In this document: piece by piece, positions 38,001 to 48,945 of the stretch
Layout of the letters: the number at the start of each line of letters is the position of its first letter
How positions within the stretch are numbered: position 1 is the stretch's first letter
Origin: Tubulanus polymorphus
Lineage: Eukaryota > Animalia > Nemertea
Reading direction: 5' to 3'
Assembly (NCBI RefSeq): GCF_964204645.1
Contig: NW_027437481.1
Coordinates: 1-52,000 of the forward strand
Length of the DNA: 52,000 nt
Notes under the pieces: model-generated
Databases searched by the model: none
What the model was told of the DNA's origin: nothing
Seen by the model: the letters and a program-made list of their open reading frames with translations, nothing else
Translations under genes and position numbers: made by a program

Positions 38001-41000
38001 AAAACCAAATATAAAACCAAAATAATGAATTGTCGCGGGCGACAAAACCAAAATAATGAATGGTCGGTGGCGATAAAACCAAAGTAATGAATTGTCGCGG
38101 GCGATAAAACAAAAATATTGAATTTTCGCGGGCGACAAAAACAAAATATAAAACCAAAATATTGAATTTTCGCGGGCGACAAATCCAAACTAATGAATTG
38201 TCGCGGGCGATAAAACCAAACTAATGAATTGTCGCGGGCGATAAAACCAAAATAATGAATCGTCTCGGGCAACAAAAACAAGATATTGAATCGTCACGGG
38301 CGACAAAATCAAAATAATGAATTGTCGCGGGCGACAAAACCAAAATAATTAATTGACGCGGGCGATAAAACCAAAATAATGAATGGTCTCGGGCGACAAA
38401 ACCAAAATAATGAATTGTCGCGGGCGATAAAAACAAGATATTGAATCGTCGCGGGCGACAAAATCAAAATAATGAATTGTCGCGGGCGATAAAACCAAAA
38501 TAATGAATTGTCTCGGGCGACAAAAACAAAATATTGAATCGTCGCGGGCGACAAAATCAAAATAATGAATTGTCGCGGGCGATAAAACCAAAATAATGAA
38601 TGGTCTCGGGTGACAAAACCAAAATAATGAATTGTCGCGGGCGATAAAAACAAAATATTGAATTGTCGCGGGCGATAAAACCAAACTAATGAATTGTCGC
38701 GGGCGATAAAACCAAAATAATGAATCGTCTCGGGCGACAAAAACAAGATATTGAATCGTCGCGGGCGACAAAAACAAAATATAAAACCAAAATAATGAAT
38801 TGTCGCGGGCGACAAAACCAAAATAATGAATGGTCGGTGGCGATAAAACCAAAGTAATGAATTGTCGCGGGCGATAAAACCAAAATATTGAATTTTCGCG
38901 GGCGACAAAAACAAAATATAAAACCAAAATATTGAATTTTCGCGGGCGACAAATCCAAACTAATGAATTGTCGCGGGCGATAAAACCAAACTAATGAATT
39001 GTCGCAGGCGATAAAACCAAAATAATGAATCGTCTCGGGCAACAAAAACAAGATATTGAATCGTCGCGGGCGACAAAATCAAAATAATGAATTGTCGCGG
39101 GCGACAAAACCAAAATAATTAATTGACGCGGGCGATAAAACCAAAATAATGAATGGTCTCGGGCGACAAAACCAAAATAATGAATTGTCGCGGGCGATAA
39201 AAACAAAATAATGAATTGTCTCGGGCGACAAAAACAAAATATTGAATCGTCGCGGGCGACAAAACCAAAATAATGAATTGTCGCGGGCGATAAAACCAAA
39301 ATATTGAATTGTCGCGGGCGATAAAACCAAACTAATGAATTGTCGCGGGCGATAAAACCAAAATAATTAATCGTCTCGGGCGACAAAAACAAGATATTGA
39401 ATCGTCGCGGGCGACAAAAACAAAATATAAAACCAAAATAATGAATTGGCGCGGGCGATAAAAACAAAATATAAAACCAAAAAAATGAATTGTCGTGGGC
39501 GATAAAACCAAAATGGTGAATTGTCGCGGGCGACAAAACCAAAATGGTGAATTGTCGCGGGCGACAAAACCAAAATGGTTAATTGTCGCGGGCGACAAAA
39601 CCAAAAAGGTGAATTGTCGCCGGTGACAAAACCAAAAAGGTGAATTGTCGCGGGTGACAAAACCAAAATAATGAATTGTCGCGGGCGATAAACCGTAATA
39701 ATGAATTGTCGCGGGCGATACAACCAAAATAATGATTTGTCTCAGGCGACAAAACCAAAATAATGAATAATCGCGGGCGATAAAACAAAAATATTGAATT
39801 GTCGCAGGCGATAAAACCAAAAAAGAAAATTGTTGCGGGCGACAAAAACAAAATATAAAACCAAAATATTGAATTTTCGCGGGCGACAAATCCAAACTAA
39901 TGAATTGTCGCGGGCGATAAAACCAAAATAATGAATCGTCTCGGGCGACAAAAACAAAATATTGAATTGTCGCGGGCGACAAAACCAAACTAATGAATTG
40001 TCGCGGGCGATAAAAACAAAAAAGAAAATTGTCGCGGGCGATAAAACCAAAATAATGAATTGTCGCGGTCGATAAAAACAAAATATTGAATTGGCGCGGG
40101 CGACAAAACCAAACTAATGAATTGTCGCGGGCGATACAACAAAAATATTGAATTGTCGCGGGCAATAAAACCAAAATAATGAATTGTCTCGGGCGACAAA
40201 AACAAAATATTGAATCGTCGCGGGCGACAAAATCAAAATAATGAATTGTCGCGGGCGATAAAACCAAAATAATGAATGGTCTCGGGTGACAAAACCAAAA
40301 TAATGAATTGTCGTGGGCGATAAAAACAAAATATTGAATTGTCGCGGGCGATAAAACCAAACTAATGAATTGTCGCGGGCGATAAAACCAAAATAATGAA
40401 TTGTCTCGGGCGACAAAAACAAGATATTGAATCGTCGCGGGCGACAAAAACAAAATATAAAACCAAAATAATGAATTGTCGCGGGCGACAAAACCAAAAT
40501 AATGAATGGTCGGTGGCGATAAAACCAAAATAATGATTTGTCTCAGGCGACAAAACCAAAATAATGAATAATCGCGGGCGATAAAACAAAAATATTGAAT
40601 TGTCGCAGGCGATAAAACCAAAAAAGAAAATTGTCGCGGGCGACAAAAACAAAATATAAAACCAAAATATTGAATTTTCGCGGGCGACAAATCCAAACTT
40701 ATGAATTGTCGCGGGCGATAAAACCAAAATAATGAATCGTCTCGGGCGACAAAAACAAAATAATGAATTGTCGCGGGCGATAAAAACAAAAAAGAAAATT
40801 GTCGCGGGCGATAAAACCAAAATAATGAATTGAAACAAAATATTGAATTGTCGCGGGCGACAAAACCAAACTAATGAATTGTCGCGGGCGATACAACAAA
40901 AATATTGAATTGTCGCGGGCAATAAAACCAAAATAATGAATTGTCTCGGGCGACAAAAACAAAATATTGAATCGTCGCGGGCGACAAAATCAAAATAATG

Positions 41001-44000
41001 AATTGTCGCGGGCGATAAAACCAAAATAATGAATGGTCTCGGGTGACAAAACCAAAATAATGAATTGTCGCGGGCGATAAAAACAAAATATTGAATTGTC
41101 GCGGGCGATAAAACCAAACTAATGAATTGTCGCGGGCGATAAAACCAAAATAATGAATCGTCTCGGGCGACAAAAACAAGATATTGAATCGTCGCGGGCG
41201 ACAAAAACAAAATATAAAACCAAAATAATGAATCGTCTCGGGCGACAAAAACAAGATATTGAATCGTCGCGGGCGACAAAAACAAAATATAAAACCAAAA
41301 TAATGAATTGGCGCGGGCGATAAAAACAAAATATAAAACCAAAAAAATGAATTGTCGTGGGCGATAAAACCAAAATGGTGAATTGTCGCGGGCGACAAAA
41401 CCAAAATGGTGAATTGTCGCGGGCGACAAAACCAAAATGGTTAATTGTCGCGGGCGACAAAACCAAAAAGGTGAATTGTCGCCGGTGACAAAACCAAAAA
41501 GGTGAATTGTCGCGGGTGACAAAACCAAAATAATGAATTGTCGCGGGCGATAAACCGTAATAATGAATTGTCGCGGGCGATAAAACCAAAATAATGATTT
41601 GTCTCAGGCGACAAAACCAAAATAATGAATAATTGCGGGCGATAAAACAAAAATATTGAATTGTCGCAGGCGATAAAACCAAAAAAGAAAATTGTTGCGG
41701 GCGACAAAAACAAAATATAAAACCAAAATATTGAATTTTCGCGGGCGACAAATCCAAACTAATGAATTGTCGCGGGCGATAAAACCAAAATAATGAATCG
41801 TCTCGGGCGACAAAAACAAAATATTGAATTGTCGCGGGCGACAAAACCAAACTAATGAATTGTCGCGGGCGATAAAAACAAAAAAGAAAATTGTCGCGGG
41901 CGATAAAACCAAAATAATGAATTGTCGCGGTCGATAAAAACAAAATATTGAATTGGCGCGGGCGACAAAACCAAACTAATGAATTGTCGCGGGCGATACA
42001 ACAAAAATATTGAATTGTCGCGGGCAATAAAACCAAAATAATGAATTGTCTCGGGCGACAAAAACAAAATATTGAATCGTCGCGGGCGACAAAATCAAAA
42101 TAATGAATTGTCGCGGGCGATACAACAAAAATATTGAATTGTCGCGGGCAATAAAACCAAAATAATGAATTGTCTCGGGCGACAAAAACAAAATATTGAA
42201 TCGTCGCGGGCGACAAAATCAAAATAATGAATTGTCGCGGGCGATAAAACCAAAACAATGAATGGTCTCGGGTGACAAAACCAAAATAATGAATTGTCGC
42301 GGGCGATAAAAACAAAATATTGAATTGTCGCGGGCGATAAAACCAAACTAATGAATTGTCGCGGGCGATAAAACCAAAATAATGAATCGTCTCGGGCGAC
42401 AAAAACAAGATATTGAATCGTCGCGGGCGACAAAAACAAAATATAAAACCAAAATAATGAATTGTTGCGGGCGACAAAACCAAAATAATGAATGGTCGGT
42501 GGCGATAAAACCAAAATAATGATTTGTCTCAGGCGACAAAACCAAAATAATGAATAATCGCGGGCGATAAAACAAAAATATTGAATTGTCGCAGGCGATA
42601 AAACCAAAAAAGAAAATTGTCGCGGGCGACAAAAACAAAATATAAAACCAAAATATTGAATTTTCGCGGGCGACAAATCCAAACTTATGAATTGTCGCGG
42701 GCGATAAAACCAAAATAATGAATCGTCTCGGGCGACAAAAACAAAATATTGAATTGTCGCGGGCGACAAAACCAAACTAATGAATTGTCGCGGGCGATAA
42801 AAACAAAAAAGAAAATTGTCGCGGGCGATAAAACCAAAATAATGAATTGTCGCGGTCGATAAAAACAAAATATTGAATTGTCGCGGGCGACAAAACCAAA
42901 CTAATGAATTGTCGCGGGCGATACAACAAAAATATTGAATTGTCGCGGGCAATAAAACCAAAATAATGAATTGTCTCGGGCGACAAAAACAAAATATTGA
43001 ATCGTCGCGGGCGACAAAATCAAAATAATGAATTGTCGCGGGCGATAAAACCAAAATAATGAATGGTCTCGGGTGACAAAACCAAAATAATGAATTGTCG
43101 CGGGCGATAAAAACAAAATATTGAATTGTCGCGGGCGATAAAACCAAACTAATGAATTGTCGCGGGCGATAAAACCAAAATAATGAATCGTCTCGGGCGA
43201 CAAAAACAAGATATTGAATCGTCGCGGGCGACAAAAACAAAATATAAAACCAAAATATTGAATTTTCGCGGGCGACAAATCCAAACTAATGAATTGTCGC
43301 GGGCGATAAAACCAAACTAATGAATTGTCGCGGGCGATAAAACCAAAATAATGAATCGTCTCGGGCGACAAAAACAAGATATTGAATCGTCGCGGGCGAC
43401 AAAATCAAAATAATGAATTTTCGCGGGCGACAAAACCAAAATAATTAATTGACGCGGGCGATAAAACCAAAATAATGAATGGTCTCGGGCGACAAAACCA
43501 AAATAATGAATTGTCGCAGGCGATAAAAACAAAATATTGAATTGTCGCGGGCGATAAAACCAAACTAATGAATTGTCGCGGGCGATAAAACCAAAATAAT
43601 GAATCGTCTCGGGCGACAAAAACAAGATATTGAATCGTCGCGGGCGACAAAAACAAAATATAAAACCAAAATAATGAATCGTCTCGGGCGACAAAAACAA
43701 GATATTGAATCGTCGCGGGCGACAAAAACAAAATATAAAACCAAAATAATGAATTGGCGCGGGCGATAAAAACAAAATATAAAACCAAAAAAATGAATTG
43801 TCGTGGGCGATAAAACCAAAATGGTGAATTGTCGCGGGCGACAAAACCAAAATGGTGAATTGTCGCGGGCGACAAAACCAAAATGGTGAATTGTCGCGGG
43901 CGACAAAACCAAAATGGTTAATTGTCGCGGGCGACAAAACCAAAAAGGTGAATTGTCGCGGGTGACAAAACCAAAATAATGAATTGTCGCGGGCGATAAA

Positions 44001-46037
44001 CCGTAATAATGAATTGTCGCGGGCGATAAAACCAAAATAATGATTTGTCTCAGGCGACAAAACCAAAATAATGAATAATCGCGGGCGATAAAACAAAAAT
44101 ATTGAATTGTCGCAGGCGATAAAACCAAAAAAGAAAATTGTCGCGGGCGACAAAAACAAAATATAAAACCAAAATATTGAATTTTCGCGGGCGACAAATC
44201 CAAACTAATGAATTGTCGCGGGCGATAAAACCAAAATAATGAATCGTCTCGGGCGACAAAAACAAAATATTGAATTGTCGCGGGCGACAAAACCAAACTA
44301 ATGAATTGTCGCGGGCGATAAAAACAAAAAAGAAAATTGTCTCGGGCGATAAAACCAAAATAATGAATTGTCGCGGTCGATAAAAACAAAATATTGAATT
44401 GTCGCGGGCGACAAAACCAAACTAATGAATTGTCGCGGGCGATACAACAAAAATATTGAATTGTCGCGGGCAATAAAACCAAAATAATGAATTGTCTCGG
44501 GCGACAAAAACAAAATATTGAATCGTCGCGGGCGACAAAATCAAAATAATGAATTGTCGCGGGCGATAAAACCAAAATAATGAATGGTCTCGGGTGACAA
44601 AACCAAAATAATGAATTGTCGCGGGCGATAAAAACAAAATATTGAATTGTCGCGGGCGATAAAACCAAACTAATGAATTGTCGCGGGCGATAAAACCAAA
44701 ATAATGAATCGTCTCGGGCGACAAAAACAAGATATTGAATCGTCGCGGGCGACAAAAACAAAATATAAAACCAAAATAATGAATTGTCGCGGGCGACAAA
44801 ACCAAAATAATGAATGGTCGGTGGCGATAAAACCAAAGTAATGAATTGTCGCGGGCGATAAAACCAAAATATTGAATTTTCGCGGACGACAAAAACAAAA
44901 TATAAAACCAAAATATTGAATTTTCGCGGGCGACAAATCCAAACTAATGAATTGTCGCGGGCGATAAAACCAAACTAATGAATTGTCACGGGCGATAAAA
45001 CCAAAATAATGAATCGTCTCGGGCGACAAAAACAAGATATTGAATCGTCGCGGGCGACAAAATCAAAATAATGAATTTTCGCGGGCGACAAAACCAAAAT
45101 AATTAATTGACGCGGGCGATAAAACCAAAATAGTGAATGGTCTCGGGCGACAAAACCAAAATAATGAATTGTCGCAGGCGATAAAAACAAAATATTGAAT
45201 TGTCACGGGCGACAAAACCAAACTAATGAATTGTCGCGGGCGACAAAACCAAAATATTGAATTGTTGCGGGCAACAAAACCAAAAAAAAATTGGCGCGGG
45301 CGATAAAAACAAAATATAAAACCAAAAAAATGAATTGTCGTGGGCGATAAAACCAAAATGGTGAATTGTCGCGGGCGACAAAACCAAAATGGTTAATTGT
45401 CGCGGGCGACAAAACCAAAATGGTGAATTGTCGCGGGCGACAAAACCAAAATGGTTAATTGTCGCGGGCGACAAAACCAAAAAGGTGAATTGTCGCGGGC
45501 GACAAAACCAAAAAGGTGAATTGTCGCGGGCGACAATACCAAAATGGTGAATTGTCGCGGGTGACAAAACCAAAATAATGAATTGTCGCGGGCGATAAAC
45601 CGTAATAATGAATTGTCGCGGGCGAAAAAACCGAAATAATGAATTGTCTCAGGCGACAAAACTAAAATAATGAATAATCGCGGGCGATAAAACAAAAATA
45701 TTGAATTGTCGCAGGCGATAAAACCAAAAAAGAAAATTGTCGCGGGCGACAAAAACAAAATATAAAACCAAAATAATGAATTGTCGCGGGCGACAAAACC
45801 AAAATAATGAATGGTCGGTGGCGATAAAACCAAAGTAATGAATTGTCGCGGGCGATAAAACCAAAATATTGAATTTTCGCGGGCGACAAAACCAAAATAT
45901 TGAATTGTCGCGGGCGACAAAACCAAACTAATGAATTGTCGCGGGCGTTAAAACCAAACTAATGAATTGTCGCGGGCGATAAAACCAAAATAATGAATCG
46001 TCTCGGGCGATAAAACCAAAATATTGAATTGTCGCGG
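29017..46037. repeat. ~17-kb minisatellite/satellite array of 31-bp monomers with higher-order structure
   Basis: Consensus AAAACCAAAATAATGAATTGTCGCGGGCGAY, with 30-bp and 44-bp (+AAAACAAAATATA) variants. Roughly 500-550 units, estimated from length. Confidence 0.98.
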
Positions 46038-47222
46038 AATGATGCAATCGTGAGTTGAAATAATACCTGAACAAATCGGTGCACAGACATTTACTTTATA
46101 TCTACTTGAACAATCGAGCCTACTCAGTAATATACTCAGTTTTTATGAAACCTGGAGTTTTTGTTTCAGAGAAATTTGAGTATCAGTATCCGATGCTATA
46201 TACTAACGTTAACGTTAGTTATCATCGATCTGTCATGCTAAGTTATACATTTCATGTCAAGCTGTATCTACAGGCAGCTGTACAGTGTGTACACACTATA
46301 TCTGAATACGAGGCTGGAATAACAGGCTCACTTCACGTAGGTTCATGATGAGGAGAAACTCGCAGCTGATCCCCGGAACGACGATGTAGTAACACACGTC
46401 GATTCGTCGATGTTTACGGCTCGACAGTGCTTTTAAAATCTAAAGTAGTAAATTTCCAGTGTATCGGTAATATGATTTGATGAGGAAAAAGGGCTATTGT
46501 TAAAATCACTGTTTGAAGACCGCGACTGAATGTGAAGTCTGCGGCAATAAATTAGTTCATTTATACTTGAATTGATAATCGAAGTGACAGTCGGCCTGCG
46601 GGTTGATTTCGGGATGACGACTCGAAAAACATGTCGCCCCATTGAATGGGGCTAAATTTTCGATGATTACTTTTGTAACGATGATTCGTGAAAAAACACG
46701 CGGGCTATTTGTAGATCTCAGTGAGCTGAACGATATTATATGGATTGTATATGAAACAGCGGTAAGGTAACAAAGCCTATGTTCTTTTGGTAAAAATAGT
46801 GTGGAAGAAAATAATAATAATAATAATCACGCGGATATCAATAGGGTTTTCTGTGAAATAACAGAAAACCCTATAAAATAAAGTATCTTTCCAACGCCAC
46901 TGCATCAGGTTCAAATCCCTGCTGGGGGCAAATGTGAATAGGAGGGAGAGAGTGAGCGTGGTAACCCAGTAGGCCTATTTTAGCAGAAGTATAGCCCATG
47001 ATCGATAATCAGCAATATTCTGCCATATTTTATGTGTCACACCACTGCCACCACCACAGCAGTCATGCTGAACGACGACAGGCAATGTGGCAAATTATAG
47101 GCCTAATTTATCGGCTTCTTAGATCTGATTTCATGGGCCATTTTACAATCAAACGAGCACATGCAGATTATATCTCAAGGATTTCAGAGCATCAAACAAT
47201 AAACATTGGTTTAAAATGCAAT

Positions 47223-47838
47223 TAAGGCCACACCAAAAGAAAATCCTGTTTCTCGGGCAGGGCAATCACCAAAATGGGTAGGTAGGTAGGACATTTTTTT
47301 TCTTTTTATAGAAAAAAAATATCGTTTATTCTTCTATCAGTGGGTAGGTTGCCGTAAATAATTTTCACTGGACTAAATTTTTAGTCAGGAATATGATTAA
47401 CAGCTAGTAGACCACAATAATAAAAAGAAATTGAGGTGTTTGCACAATTAACTATAAAAAAAACTATATTTTGAACATATTTCACGGAATTCCTGGAATA
47501 TTACAATGTCCAAGGTCGCCATCTAAGTCTGATAAGCTAAGTTGTCTGAGTATGGCTGCGCCATTTCCAGAATCAAATTTTAAATCCGATAAAATAAAAA
47601 GTTTTTATGATATTGATCTAAGTGCCGACATCACACGATTTGGTAAAAAAAATGTTTACGAGAAAGGACTTTGGTAGTCGGTCGGCCACACATATTTTTG
47701 AAAAAAGTTATTTCACTTAAAATTTTGAAAAAGGGTCGGTAGGCGATTATATTTTATTCTGAAAATGATTATTTGAAATGGGGAAATATCGGGTCGGTTG
47801 GGCCCGAGAAACAGGGTTTTTCTTTTGGAGTGGCCTTA
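47223..47838. mobile_element. MITE (TAAGGCC...GGCCTTA ends)
   Basis: ~36-bp TIR TAAGGCCACACCAAAAGAAAATCCTGTTTCTCGGGC / GCCCGAGAAACAGGGTTTTTCTTTTGGAGTGGCCTTA, with GGTCGG/GGTAGG motifs. A related orphan right end lies at ~16932-16963. Confidence 0.85.
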
Positions 47839-47899
47839 CCTGCAAATATTCGACCGTCGAGGGATCTTCCTCCAAACCCGCCATTTTGATGTTTAAGAT

Positions 47900-48241
47900 G
47901 TTGTGAACGCGAGAAAAACCGTGAAGTTACGATTGTTACACCGTGCTGAACCGGTGATAACGTCCATAGACGGTTTCATCGCGTCTGCTATTTTTAGGTC
48001 GGGACGAAAAACGTCATTCAACGCTAATACTGATAATAAACGGTTTCAATACGTCTATTCACGGATTCGATGGTTTTATAACCGTTATGTTGTGTCCAAA
48101 ACCGTTTATTAACAGAAATTCAGTCGACAAACGTCAAATCACGTATAATATTCGTATAATTGCGGAAAACGCCGTCAATTGGCGTTTTTAGATTGCACAT
48201 TTACGGGAGAAAGGAAATCTACCGTTTAACTTTTTACAGAG
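47900..48241 (+). mobile_element. CACTA/EnSpm-like right terminus
   Basis: A cluster of CCGT/ACGG motifs ending in ACTTTTTACAGAG+TA. Confidence 0.5.
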
Positions 48242-48445
48242 TATTAGACTGTCTAGAAGTCTGAGAACTGAATAATTTTTGAATTTTTTTTTTTTTGGTC
48301 ACCAACAGTCTAGCGATTTTTAATTTAAAAAGTTTGCACGGAAAGAGTTTAACAATGAACCGCGTTGATCGAATGAGTTGAAAATAGCTGAATTTCCCTG
48401 AGCAACAGGAGCAAATTCATAATAACTAAGGCGGCCGCTGCGTGC

Positions 48446-48790
48446 AGGTTCGAATCCCGGAGAATTACGGCTTCGCGCGGGCAGCAGTCAATCCAAGTTG
48501 CAGCACTGAAATACGCTTTTTATCAAATTTAATCACCCTAAAAACTGTGAGAGTCATGTTAGATTTGTAAAATTTCATGGCTGCCGTTGGATCGGCATAG
48601 CGTCTCACTCAAGCAGCAGCAACATCGCGGCTGGCAAAAACGTTAGTCTCCGCCCCTTCTTTCGCCAAATAAGGAATTCGGTATGGTTTTGGCATGAGAA
48701 ATCACTTTTTGTACTGACATCCGTATTTCCTGCTAAATCAATTTTTTTCTAGGAGGAAACGATTTTCCGATTGATTTGCGTTTCAACGAA
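48446..48790 (+). mobile_element. Interspersed repeat with Pol III B-box, uninterrupted copy
   Basis: AGGTTCGAATCCCGGAGAATTAC... aligns with the reverse complement of 12075-12698 minus the MITE. Confidence 0.6.
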
Positions 48791-48945
48791 TGTTTTCGCT
48801 CAACAAATTCTTTTTGTCGTGAAAAACATTATTCGTTCGAACTATAACATAGCTTTTTGGTACGATAAACACACTCAAACGTGGTGAACAGATGATAAGA
48901 TAAAAACCCACTATTTAAAAATTAAGAGAAATCTGAAATCGAGAA

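Noticed and set aside
28968-45926. Dozens of long minus-strand ORFs (up to 485 aa, LSPATIHYFG/FVARDNSLFW/FYRPRQFIILV)
   Set aside because: The T-rich strand of the consensus unit has no stop codon and 31-bp units cycle through all three frames. The ORFs overlap in every frame, start at non-ATG codons and end wherever a stop-bearing variant occurs, so there is no evidence of coding constraint.
29017-46037. CRISPR-like appearance (palindromic repeats with variable intervening sequence)
   Set aside because: The intervening parts are only ~15 nt, are variants of one another and recur many times. There are no unique spacers, leader or cas genes, and the context is eukaryotic.
46344-46360. Possible minimal hammerhead (ATGATGAGGAGAAAC); also CTGATGA at 15522
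   Set aside because: The first lacks the invariant C of CUGANGA and flanking stems. The second has no downstream GAAA or stem.
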